From Mytilus californianus (taxonomy: Eukaryota): a stretch of 64,000 nt of DNA. Below the pieces are notes generated by a model. It did not search any database and was not told where the DNA came from. It saw only the letters and a list, made by a program, of their open reading frames with translations. Below, piece after piece: positions 25,601 to 37,644 of this stretch; positions within the stretch are counted from its first letter, which is position 1; each line of letters starts with the position of its first letter. A program made the position numbers and the translations under genes. The stretch covers positions 36,208,001-36,272,000 of the forward strand of contig NW_026262615.1 of NCBI RefSeq assembly GCF_021869535.1, in the 5' to 3' direction.

Positions 25601-28600
25601 GTATATGTATATATACAATAGATATTTCAGCTGATCTGTAACAATTCCATCTTCATGCCTTATATATCATGTACTGTATTACGACGCTAGATTAAAACTG
25701 ACGAGGAAAGGTAACACCCGGCCACCGAAAGCTTTATTTTGTGAAGCCTAGGTGGTCGTGTGGTCTAGCGCGTCGGATACAGTGCAGGCGATTTGGTGTC
25801 ACGATATCTCAGTAGTATGAGTTCGAATCCCGGCGAGGGAAGAACAAAAAAATTGCGAAAGCAAATTAATCAGATCTAACATTGTTGGGCTGATGTTTAG
25901 ACGAGTTGTATATATACAAGTCGAAATTGAAAACAACGTTCAAACCTATGATTGCGTTGGATAAAAACCGCAATTTTTATACGTGTGCATGCAAAACAAA
26001 TGTCTTGTTAGAGGGGTCTAAATACATCACAAACAACATTTTCCAAAAGACAAAAAAAGTGAAAAAGTATATTTTAACAAAACGCATTTGACTAACAGGT
26101 CGAACAACAAATGCTCTTAATTGCTGACTGCCATTGGCGATTGCCAAATAAACGGATCACCGATGTAATAAATGGATCTTAATTATAAATTTAATACTAA
26201 ACAGAAAATAATAAACTTGCGGAAAAGATGGTATACCGCAAACAAATGGTGCAAAGGTTTTTGTACACCATATCCGGATTTCGACAATTAATGCCTCTTC
26301 AGTGATGTTAGGAATCGAAACGGTATTTGGAAAGTCATACAATTTACCTCAATTTAGGATAGACTCTTGAATTTTGAGGAGTCAAAATAGGATGAACGGA
26401 TCATATAAACCCGAAGGCAAATATAATACAAGCCTATATATATATATATATCTACGGACAATTTAAGAAAGGTATGGCATAATTCACGTCAGTATCGAAG
26501 CTCTGGCTACTGCATGTGGTACTAGCCGTAATGATACTCTTTGATATTGCGTATTATTTCAGAAAGCGGCTTATTGCCGATTTTCAATTGATGGGTAAAC
26601 ACAACAGGAGCAGATGACCTTTCCGGAACACACCCCGTCAGTATTTTAAGTGGGGTTCGTGATGTTCAGTCATTGGCTTCTATATTTTCTTTGGTTACAT
26701 CTTCTGACATCAGACTCGGACTTCTCTTGAACTGAATTTTAATGTGCGTATTGTTATGCGTTTACTTTTCTACATTGGCTAGAGGTATAGGGGGAGGGTT
26801 GAGATCTCATAAACATGTTTAACCCCTCCGCATTTTTGCGCCTGTCCCAAGTCAGGAGCCTCTAGCCTTTGTTAGTCTTGTATTATTTTTAATTTTAGTT
26901 TCTTGTGTACAATTTGGAGTTTAGTATGGCGTTCATTATCACTGAACTAGTATATATATTTGTTTAGGGGCCAGCTGAAGGACGCCTCCGGGTGCGGGAA
27001 TTTCTCGCTGCATTGAAGACCTGTTGGTGACCTTCTGCTGTTGTCTGTTCTATGGTCGGGTTGTTGTCTCTTTGACACATTCCGCATTTCCATTCTCAAT
27101 TTTATTGTAATTGTTGTTTGTCCTTTCGACGTTTTAACTTTTTCGCCATGGTATTGTCTGCTTTTGATTGGACTTTTGATTTTCGGATAACCTTTAAAGA
27201 TCTTCTTTCTCTCTTGTTTATACATCATATTTTTCTGCGATAAAACAGCTTTTCAACGGAGCTTCAAATGTCAAACTTTAATGAAGGGGAAATAAAATAT
27301 CAAAACGTACCTTAACATGTAAAAGTCCCCGTCACGTTCAATGCATTCAAGTTCAACTTGTTCTTCGTGAACTGATTGTATTGCAAATACTGCACCATTT
27401 TGTGGGTCCGCATTTGGTATCCCCAAAACATAACTGTTTTGATTTAAAACAATTTCTCCGTATGTGTTGCCAATTATTTCATTTGGAAAACTGCAGTTGG
27501 CATCTGGAAAACACAATTCAAAGCAAGTCACAAGAATAAAATATCTGTTAGAAAAGGGACTGTAATGAAATGGTCCATTTGATTGAGATATTCTTTTCAA
27601 AAGCTTATTCAATAAGGTCCTAATTTCAAAGACTAGTTAAAGTCACAGCTCAAAGACAAAAGAAAAATTGTAAAAAAAAAAAAACAATTACAAAAAATTG
27701 GGCTAAACTAATCAACGAGGCAATGTTTGACCATGAAGGCTTTGTTATGACGTTTAGCTTTCTTCTGAAAAATGATGGTGAACAATTATACCGTAGTATA
27801 GAAGTATGGTCATCATTTCAATTCTCCCGTCTGGTAATAAAACCCTTGCTGAAGTGGGCTGTCAGTTTTGACTGTACGAAATAAATTATCAGCCATGTCT
27901 GCATGGTCAGAATGGGGACGTGCACCTGCAAGTTAAGGAATCTTTGCAACAACTCTCTGGTGAGTCCGAAGATGACCTGAAGCGGGTACATTTTATATTC
28001 CTATCAAACATACCCTCATTGTCCAGTGGACCTACCTTGCAGAAACTACATATTGCATCAATTGGTTATTTCCCCGGCCTTAATATGCATGAAATCATTT
28101 CCCGTGTTCGTTCAGCCAGCAACAAACAATAGATCGATTATGGTAAATAATATACAGAGATTAAATATGTTAAGCAAATAAGAAAGTCTATGCAGTAAAA
28201 TTAAGACGTTTTCCTTGGCTTATGTTTACGGAAAAAGGGAGACATTTTTTGTACATGGTCTTATCATCTGCTATCAGTTCTCTTATAGAAAATAAGAGAA
28301 CAATAGAAAGAAGAGAAAAGTTTAATTAATCTTATTAAGAGAGGAAATACAAATTTCCGAATGAATTAATGTCACACAAGGGCCATTTTAAATTCATTTT
28401 TCAATCTTTTTTTTAAATTTACAGAATAAAAAAGAGAGGCGAAAGATACCAAAGGTATATTCAAACTCATAAGTCGAAAACAAACTGACAAAGCCACGGA
28501 AAAGAACGAAATACAACGAAAAGACATGTGTTACATGGATGTTCTTTGAGTTTTTTAACAATAGAAATGGTGAAATTCTGAACATGTAACCAACAAGGTT

Positions 28601-29203
28601 AAAAACTGCAACTGTTCAGAATTTTGAGTACTTTCCTCAAAAAAGAAGGAAGTTGTTAATGAAAGCTAAAATTATTTCGGCAGTAAATATCTGTTTAAAA
28701 ATAAGAGATGTGGTATGATTGCAACTCTCCACCAGACACCAAATGACCGATAGAAGTTAACAACTATAGGTTTAAACCGTACGGCAAAACACATACCGCA
28801 TAGTCAACTATAAATAGCCCCAAAATGACAAATGTAAAATAACTCATTCATTTCCTTTCAAGTATAAATCGATTCATTTTGAATAATGGTGTCATTTTAA
28901 TCAACATTTTACAAAAACATGCAAAATTTACAATATTGTAATAAAAATGTCCTTCAACATTGCTTTTTTTTTTATGTATTATATAAAATTATTGAAAATT
29001 TTTAAAGCAAATTATTTAGACTCTGCCATGTTCAGATTTTGACCAAATGTTTATAACAAATACATAGGAATTGGTTCTTCCTCTAACTGTTAAATGCTTT
29101 AACCTGTATTCATATACTGTAATTCAAACTAGCAAATTAAAATTAGTGTTATTAAAACCATACCTGAACCGACTATTAGGCTTGCTACAAAAAACAATAA
29201 CAT
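22616..29203 (-). CDS. Uncharacterised secreted Cys-rich protein with a duplicated cationic K/R/Y/G-rich tail; complement(join(22616-23016,24518-24637,25248-25354,27311-27503,29164-29203)), 286 aa
   Basis: Exons of 40+193+107+120+401 = 861 nt; all introns GT-AG with matching phases (1,2,1,1) and no internal stop. Hydrophobic N-terminus MLLFFVASLIVGSDA followed by NCSFP; 13 Cys; in-frame 72-bp repeat encoding GQKKGYRKYGRYTCSRK twice; TGA at 22618-22616. Confidence 0.85.
24246..24544. repeat. 35-bp tandem array (8.5 units) overlapping the exon 4 / intron 4 junction of the secreted-protein gene
   Basis: The unit agtctcacgtcaacatcagctacttacatataaga starts at 24246 + n*35 (checked at 24526). Alternating cacgtc/cacttc variants give a 70-bp sub-period. 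Confidence 0.97.
25745..25920 (+). mobile_element. tRNA-headed SINE-like element in intron 2 of the secreted-protein gene
   Basis: A-box-like tggtcgtgtgg (25753) and B-box gagttcgaatcc (25819); no closed cloverleaf. Confidence 0.6.
26684..27105 (-). mobile_element. Dispersed interspersed element (partial copy); near-identical inverted copy at 53394-53813
   Basis: The reverse complement matches 53394-53813 with only a handful of mismatches over ~420 bp. Confidence 0.9.
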
Positions 29204-29469
29204 CTTCGTTTCAAATGGAATTGATACACTGTTGCTAAAGAACTATTTTCATGCTTTATACCGATATTGCATTCACATCTGTTTAACGATTTCACTTTGA
29301 ACCTAATTAAATCACACACTTATACTTTGTTTTACAGTTACTAAAAGGAAAATAGTGACTTTTAAAATACATATTTTTCTTTAATATTTTAATTTCCTTT
29401 GTTATCTGTTAAATTATGGTTGATACAATGATCAAACAGACTATTTGTAGCACTACAAACAGCTTAATA

Positions 29470-29777
29470 ATATTACAGAAACTCATCCGACATGTTCTCG
29501 AAATATTGAAATGTTCAAATTGTCACTCAGAATATTACAGAAACTCATGCGACATGTTCTCGAAATACTGGAATGTTCAAATTGTCACTCAGAATATTAC
29601 AGAAACTCATGCGACATGTTCTCGAAATACTGTAATATTCAAATTGTCACTCAGAATATTACAGAAACTCATGCGACATGTTCTCGAAATACTTTAATGT
29701 TCAAATTGTCACTCAGAATATTACAGAAACTCATGCGACATGTTCACGAAATACTGAAATGTTCAAATTGTCACTCA
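29470..29777. repeat. 62-bp VNTR, 5 units, 270-570 bp upstream of the secreted-protein ATG
   Basis: atattacagaaactcatgcgacatgttctcgaaatac...gttcaaattgtcactcaga at 29470, 29532, 29594, 29656 and 29718. Confidence 0.97.
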
Positions 29778-30049
29778 TATCGTATGCTTCTTGGATTTTG
29801 TACATTCAATCAATTAATACTTAACTCTTCACAGATACAAAGATCCATATTGTTTACGCCAGTAATGAAAGCTGGTTTATTTAGTTGTGGAAACCAGTGT
29901 GACAATATACTGATGATTAATTCACTGCTACAGTCCCGATCTGAAATTCGTTCAAATTTTGTCTTTTTTTACTTTAATACCGACCGCTGAATGTACATTG
30001 AAATAATTTGACGAGTGATGCATGCAGGGTTAGAGAAGTCTACTGTGTC

Positions 30050-31200
30050 GACATAAAACTTTATTCGACTCTAAAATAGTTCTCATACTCAGTGCTCGAA
30101 TATATTCTCCACTGAGATCGTTTCTCGAAGATCGTTCTCGAGAATAGCGGTCATAAACTTTTTCGAGTAAGTTCAAAGTCCGAGAACGTTTTTCTCATAC
30201 GTGTAGGGCCTTAGTGCGATCCTCTTATTTCCGGTTATTCTATTTACAATGGATACCATTGCAGACGACCAGGGTACGACAGCAGTTGACGACAATGTCG
30301 GAAACTCAAAACAGAGAACCTTGTGGAGCACCGAACAGCAGGCCCTTTTCCTCTCCCTCGTTTTCAAAATTTTATTTGGTGCTGCAAAGAGGGACGGGGG
30401 AGACGGCAACATGAACACACTCAAGATTTTTATTTGCAAACCCCGTATAAGTTTTATCTCCCTTTGTTGACAGAACATTAATATCCGGCAACCTACAGGA
30501 TACATGTCAATAAACCTGGATGGTTGTTATTTGAAAAATTTTGCATACCCGCAATGTTAGATTAATTGATTGTTGGTTGCTTAACGTTCAGTGGCAAATA
30601 TTTCATGCATATTGAGGGCGAGGCAATGTTAGAAAACACAGCCGGGGTGTGCATGGTAGTTTTGCCTCTTTATTTATAAATTGCTTCGCCAATCCAAACA
30701 GTGACTTTCTCACGAGCTTCACTGTTCTTCCGACCCCCATCAAATGTTCAACCTCTTGCAAAAACACGCAGACAGGTCAATACTTAAAAACTGGTGTTAG
30801 TGCTTGATTCCACCCTGATTTGAGTAAAGAATTATAAATCAGGCTAGTTATGAATATGATTGTATCCGGGCGAAATCTGTATCGAGTAAACAACTCCTTA
30901 GCTGACAGGGATTCGAACGGTCTGCAAAAACTTGCGGACTAGGTGCTTGACGTCTCCTTTGCCGCCTTCTTATCTTTCTGTGTCCAGCAGCCTGCATTAT
31001 CGTGATTCGAGACAGGGGCTTGCCATTCTCAAATTTTTGAAATCTACTCAACAATGTTGAGCACGATTTACATATTCAAATATGTTATTTTCGAGCACGA
31101 ATTAGAATTTGGAGAATTGTTTTTGTACTCCGAGTACTGAGCAACGTTTTATGACCGGAAGGCCAGAGTTCATTAAACGTTACTCGGTACTCGGAGTACA
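30050..31200. mobile_element. Internally deleted, decayed PIF/Harbinger transposon: Myb/SANT-like start on + (30249-~30360) and transposase N-terminus on - (~31026-30680)
   Basis: Across frameshifts the minus strand reads RRRQRRR..VFADRSNP / ESLSAKELFTRYRFRPDTIIFITSLI...NQALTPV / LTCLRVFARG, matching the HARBI1-type N-terminus (VFRDRxNP...EELxxRYRF...ALxPxxQVLxxLRFFAxG). The plus strand reads KQRTLWSTEQQALFLSLV, Myb/trihelix-like. A ggtcataaa(a)c motif sits in inverted orientation at 30148 and 31157. Confidence 0.72.
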
Positions 31201-32049
31201 CATTTTGTGCTCGAAACACCAATTTAATAATATCTAGTATGGTTTTAATTTACTAATAACAAATTCAATAGCTATACCAATAAAACAATACTCAAAGATC
31301 TTATTACAGTGTTGGATTGGTAACCTTTTAGAACAAGTTTATTTAAAGGATTGATAAGTTTAGTAATACCTGGATCGTATCTAAAAGGTAAAATAACAAA
31401 AATACCGAACTTCAAGAAAAATTCAAAACGGAAAGTCCCTTAACAAATAACAAAATCAAAAGCTCAAACATATTGAACGAATGGAAAACAACTATCATAA
31501 TCCTGACTTATTCCAGGCATTTCCTTATGTAGAAAATGGTGGAGTTGACCTGGTTTTATAGCTAGCTAAACCTCTCACTTGTATGCAAGTCATATAGCAT
31601 TCCATTATATTGACAACAATGTGTGAGCAAAACAAACAGACATAATAGGTAAGAATTTCCGGGCTTGGTAAACAACATCACCATAAAAATTAGGATGTGC
31701 TTTCCCGTTTGAAATAAGTTTTTTCTATTTATACAAGTACATCCAAGCTTCCAAACCAAATCTTTGTATCTATTGAAGGATTAAGTAAAGGTTTTAAATA
31801 GTTTGGTAACGAAATCCCTGACTTAATAATTAACGCTCATTGAAATCCATTACGTCAGACACGGGGAGTTGGGATATATAAACACCGTAAGACAGTGCCA
31901 AAGGAACTTCACCGTCCAAAAAGGAAAATTAACAATAGGGAAAGAAAAATCGTCCCTTTTGTCGTAAATTTTCTTTATCAACGCATTAGCACATCACTAA
32001 GCACATAGCGTATATTTTATATTTTCATTACACATCTGGATGGAGAAGG

Positions 32050-32375
32050 TTTGGTACCATTAAAACGGTTAATCCCGCTGCAAATGTTTGCACCTGTCCT
32101 AAGTCAGGAATCTGATTACAGTAGTTGTCGTCTGTTTATGTAGTTCATACGTGTTTCTTGTTTCTCGTTTTTATGTAGATTAGACCGTTGGTTTTTCCGT
32201 TTGAATGGTTTTACACTAGTAATTTTTGGGGGCCCTTTATAGCTTGCTGTTCGGTGTTAGCCAATGCTCCGTGTTGAAGGCCGTACCTTGACCTATAATG
32301 GTTTACTTTTATAAATTGTAATTTGGATGGAGAGTTGTCTCATTGGCACTCATACCACATCTTCCTATATCTATT
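32050..32375 (-). mobile_element. Abundant dispersed element (aagaagatgtggtatgattgccaatgagacaactc family); copies also at 20050-20470, 43801-44130, 45171-45668, 52161-52523; partials at 28700-28840 and 60510-60645
   Basis: The shared blocks gatgtggtatga.tgccaatgagac...ggccttcaacaatgagc...cctgacttgggacaggcaca are seen directly at these loci. Confidence 0.85.
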
Positions 32376-35026
32376 AACTAAATAGAGAAAAATGGAAAAG
32401 GGGAGAAGAAATTAAGTGCAATAAATATTAAGAATAGAGGAAAATAGGCAAAAAAAAATAAAGAATAGATAATAAAGGGATGGGGAAATATAAATAATAA
32501 AAAATAAGGGTCAAAATAAATTAATAACAGAGAAAAATGGTCTAAAACGTTAAAGATATAAAGAAATGAAGGACTCTCCTTCCAAACTCTCATATAATGA
32601 TAGCGCCTTACGTCTTTAAAGGACGCAGGCAACATAATTCCTTAGAAAAATACGAAAAATAACGTATTTGTGTTTCGAGGAAAGGAAATGGTAAAATAAT
32701 TATAATGATGCACGCATTATGATCAGATAAAACTACTCATACAACAATTGAATATACCAATCCTTAATAAATTTTCTCATCTTTCTTTTTCAATTGTTGC
32801 ATTCATAATGGATGTATTATTTCTAGATCAGTATTCGTGTATTGATATACGCGCGAAATCTTCTATAATTTCGTCCTTTGATCTTTTAGACGAATAAATT
32901 GTCATATTAACCATCATCTTTTGACATAAATAACCAGATACCCTTTTAAAAAAAAATCTGTTACCTTAAGATCTTATGAATAATATCAATCGAGCTTTAT
33001 AAGAAGAATAAATCTTAATTAACCATACAGTGGAAATAATCAGAAATATACTTTTCTTTTGACATAACTAATTATACAGTTTTTTTTTTTTTTAAATGTC
33101 GTTTTTCTTATGATGTTATACAAAGTCATGTAAATAATATTTCGACTAGCTTTATAACAAATTTGAGGTATAAATACTTATCAACCATCCAGAGGAAATA
33201 ACTAGAAATAGACTTAAGGGCTGCATATTTTGTAGGGTTTGGTTGCAGTTTACAGAATAGAAAATAATGGGCAAAAAGTGCAGAATAAAGGGCAAAACAT
33301 ATATTAATAGAAACAAATAGGCCAAAAAAAGAGAATGGAGAATAATGGGGTACTAAAGTATAAAGAATAGAGAAAAAGTCATAATAGATAAAGAATAGAA
33401 AAAAGAATTGTCTTATAAGTTAAGGAATGAAGAAATGAAGGACCCCCTCCATCACCTTCCCCCAAATATTTTTTTTATCTTTCTGAAACACAAAATGCAT
33501 TTAACTTTTATATATATAGTGGATGCCAGGCATTAAATTTTTTCCAACTGGACAGGTAAGTCTGTACTCAGAGTAGCTTTTGATGTGGAAATACAGACAT
33601 TTTTGTCCATTTGTTATGATGAACCTTAACATATATAACAATTTGATCATTCACATTGCTTTTGGTGAAATACGCAGCATTTGTTAGCCTTACTGTGTAT
33701 TTATAAAAGTGAAAAAGAAAATCCTGTAATGATAAACACATTAAATTCACTATTAATACTGCCTTCAAATAACCGGACATTTAAATGTATTACACGTTTT
33801 TATGTTTACTTGTGTATACACACACATGACCTATAACCTAGAGTGACCAACGGTCAGATAAAGGTAAGACATGTCAAAATGGTTATATTTCTTTCTGATG
33901 TTAATCATCATTTACTGTCAGACTTATTTTACTGTACAAAATATTAAATAATCAAAACCTGTGGATTTAACGGGATAAACACGTTCGCTGGGAGATGTCA
34001 CCTTGTTATGCGTCCTACTAAAAAGGGGGCGTTCACTATCTTGTTTACATTAATTCAGTTATTGAGATGAGCCGTTAGCTTCAAGCTTGGTTCCGTTTCA
34101 TTTTAATATCATGCGTCATATTATATGATGGCAGTTTTGATTATAAGTTAGTTTAATAAATGCTATTTGAAAGATTCGACTATCAGCCAAATGTATAGAC
34201 GACATCTACCAAACAACAACTAGTCATGAGTATGCATGAAGTATTTGCCACTGGACGTTAATCAACCAATCAAACACCATCAATTAGTTTGGTATATGTA
34301 AATTGTATCATTAATTTTGTAGCCCATGCATATCCTTAATCAAAGTACAAATGTAGATTATCATATAACGTGTTCTTATATTTTTTTGCATTCAACTATT
34401 TTGATAATAAATCATATTCAATAATCAAAATACATGCATGAAAAAAGGATGAGTCACGTTAGATTCCACTTACTCACCCTACCACAAATTGTCTCCACCC
34501 TCGCTCAGTCTCCAGAATATAAGCAAAGGTCGGATTTAGATAAAATATATTTAACTTGCTCTAACGTACACTTAACATATAAACAAGATAAATCGAATTT
34601 GAATTATATATATTTAGATTATAAAAAGTGAGGTTTTCCACATTTTTGGGTTTAAGCGTTTTTGGTGAAGGTAGAGACCAGAGAGCGCTTTGGACACACC
34701 TTATTTACAAATTATAAAGTTAAATGTCTCGTATTGATTTTTTTAGTTTAAAAGTTTACTGAAGAAAATCATTATATTATTTTTTTAAAGAAAGAGAAAC
34801 AGCATAATTCAACATACACAGGGGTTGATCCAAGGTCCGAAGATAACAAAGTTGCCATTGTCCTGAATGGTGAAAATATTAGCGAGCCTAACGAGACAAA
34901 TGTTTTGGTGGAAGAGGATTTTCAAATCTTCTGAAATCCAATACTGCCGGTTGGTCAAGTCTAAAAATAGAAGTTTCCAGAAGTGTTTCCGTATCCTTTT
35001 CTGTACTTTACAATATTATAACTTCC

Positions 35027-35431
35027 TAAGCTGGTCCTCGACTGACTACTACACTTTGTTCATAGACAGCCGGTCAGAGCCGTTTTGTTGTAGAATCTGA
35101 TTAGTCAAGAGATTGTTTTCAATCTCCTATATTAGAGGTGAAGAATACATACAGATACATATTCGTCCAATCAAATTACACGTACTTAACATGGAGAAAT
35201 ACATAACTTTCACATTCGTGCATTTCCTGATTTTTTAAATGTCACAATGCTTATGTCGTTACGTCACAATGAGAGCCGAATGTTCAATGGCGCCATTTAC
35301 ACCGATGTGTTGCAATGTAACAACGAAACGTCAAATCTCGTTAAAATCCCGAGGGCAAAATTCTGCCTCCTACATTGGGCCGTACCGGCTGTCTATGAAC
35401 AAAGTGTAGTAGTCAGTCGAGGACCAGCTTA
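35027..35431. mobile_element. 405-bp MITE with perfect 48-bp TIRs and a 9-bp TSD (Mutator/MULE-like)
   Basis: 35027-35074 is the exact reverse complement of 35384-35431. ataacttcc flanks both ends directly (35018-35026 and 35432-35440). Confidence 0.92.
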
Positions 35432-37644
35432 ATAACTTCCATGCCTCATCTCGACAACGATTTGTGCATGATCGGTAATAAGTTTGTAAAATAGTGTCTG
35501 CATCATTTTATGAAAGACGGAGACACACATGTACAGTTACCTAAATTCGGGCTTGTATAGTCAGCAGTTTTTTACTCCAAAATTAAAGTTGCCAGGCAGG
35601 GGTGTGGATTGCAAAGTACGATAAGCAAGAAATATGAGAAAATCACAATTTTGCGAGGTTTGTTTACGTTCCTCCATGTTTGTTATTGAAATTGTAGAGG
35701 ACGCCCTAATATAATTTTCAAAACTAATAATTTACCTAATCAATATTAATATGCAATTTTAATTCAAATCCATTATTAACTGACAAATGATATCAAAATT
35801 ACTTTACAAATATCTCGTTTTTTTCATTAATTGCATAGCATAAACTGGGATCCGTTTGTATCTAACGGAATGAAAAACGTGTATAAGTCATCCGGGAACA
35901 GCTTTTGCAAAACGATGCATAAACTACAAAACATAAATCGGTTATTTATTCCGTTTTTGGTGTTTCGTCCTGACGCATGTGTTTTGTTAGTCCAAATAAT
36001 TATGACGTGTTGAAAGACTATCTAAATTTTTCTGTGGCGCCTTCCTACGAGTTAGTCCAAATGAGTTAGTCAAAATATTATGACGTCTTATAATTAATAA
36101 TCAGCATTGTGTCATTAGGGAATTGAGATTAAGTACATACGGAACAAACATTATTTCTAGTTTATCCTGCATAATGACGATCGCTCACGAAGACGCTTGA
36201 TGAACTTTGATAGTGCAGGAATACAGGCGGTCCCCTCTATATGGTAAATGACGTCATAAAGGCGCGCATAAATGACGAACTTTTCCGGTGAAGGACATAA
36301 CTCGAAAGTGGTCTATTGTTTTTTTTTTTTTTTTTTTTTTTTTCTTTTTTGTGATTCTTACTTATTTTGATGTGTTCTAGAATCATTGACGAGCATTTTC
36401 AACTTTTACTTAATGATGGAAAACGGACTTTTCTTTTTATACTTTCTTGTACAGAATTTTATTTGTTGAAGCGGAATTTCATCAGTCCTAGGGGGAAACC
36501 AGCAATTCCCTTTAGGGATTAAGAGTCTAGGCTCAGTCCCTGAAATCAATCCCCTCTTAAATATAATCAGTTTCAGTGTCTTCCTTTTTGGCTCTTACGA
36601 TACAGTACGACCTGGGAGATGCTCAGTCCATATCATCAGACGATAAAAATTTGAAATGTCTCACAGTCTGACATATGTTGTTACAATGTCGGTCCAATTT
36701 TCTTACACGAGGAAATGATTTTTTTAATAAAATTATTAGACTTGGTACCAGCAAATACAGAAAATGACTGGGTTTAAAACGTTAAAAAGTGCTCAAAACC
36801 CAACCCCTGACCAGCACAACATAAGAACAAACATAAAAAATCAGTTAATGAAGGATTTTGAACCGTTTTCAAATATGATAACAACTAACTATAACAGTTC
36901 ACGATTTATTGTCGGGTTAGTGTTGCTAAAATTTTTCTTTCCGAGGAAAATTGTCAACTCTCAAAATCTTCATTGTATATATTTTGCACTTTTCAAATTA
37001 TATTTATAATGAAACAAAAAAAACAAGTGACTGTGAACAACTACACCAATTCATGATTGATTGATTGATGTTGGTATTAAACCCCATTTTCAGCACACTT
37101 TACTAAAATCATGATGGCCGGTTGTCATTGACAAAAGAAGCCGGAATACTTAAAGTGAACAAGCACCTTCAACAGAAAAACTTTCAAGTGATTCCTAATT
37201 AATTCCTTGTCTATTTGCTTCCCTCAAGTTGAACATGCTGAGATGCAATGCATGGAACTATAGAAAATTTAATTTAAATCAACACTATTAGGAGATTTTT
37301 ATGTTTAGTTTAATCTTTTTTGGTGGAGACATGAGTGATTAGATTATTTGGGAGAAAAGCAACAATGGTACATAAATGTAGCAGGCTGGATTGGTGTGGT
37401 CTGCTTTCATTATTATTCAAGTTATCCGTTCATGTACCTTCTTCCACCTCAGAGCTATCAGCTCTTTGATTAAACTTATTTATACAAAACAATTGTTTTA
37501 TTTTTTTTCAAACCAAGAAGGGAGCGTACGCACGCTACGTCCCCACCTGAAACTATCGCTGATACACGTACTATCATAATCTGAAAGTAAAAGAATCCAT
37601 TCATTAAAAATATAACTGTAGTTTAAATTTTAATTAGCCAAACA

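Noticed and set aside
29416-29990. ORFs of 93 aa and 159 aa with repeated CSNCHSEYY / FKLSLRILQKL
   Set aside because: By-products of the 62-bp VNTR, whose length is not a multiple of 3, so the same words appear in rotating frames.
34630-34720. Short dispersed repeats with (c)tgatgaagg...gaaa-like words (also ~19400 and ~57085) as minimal ribozymes
   Set aside because: No copy in this window retains an intact CTGATGA...GAAA core.
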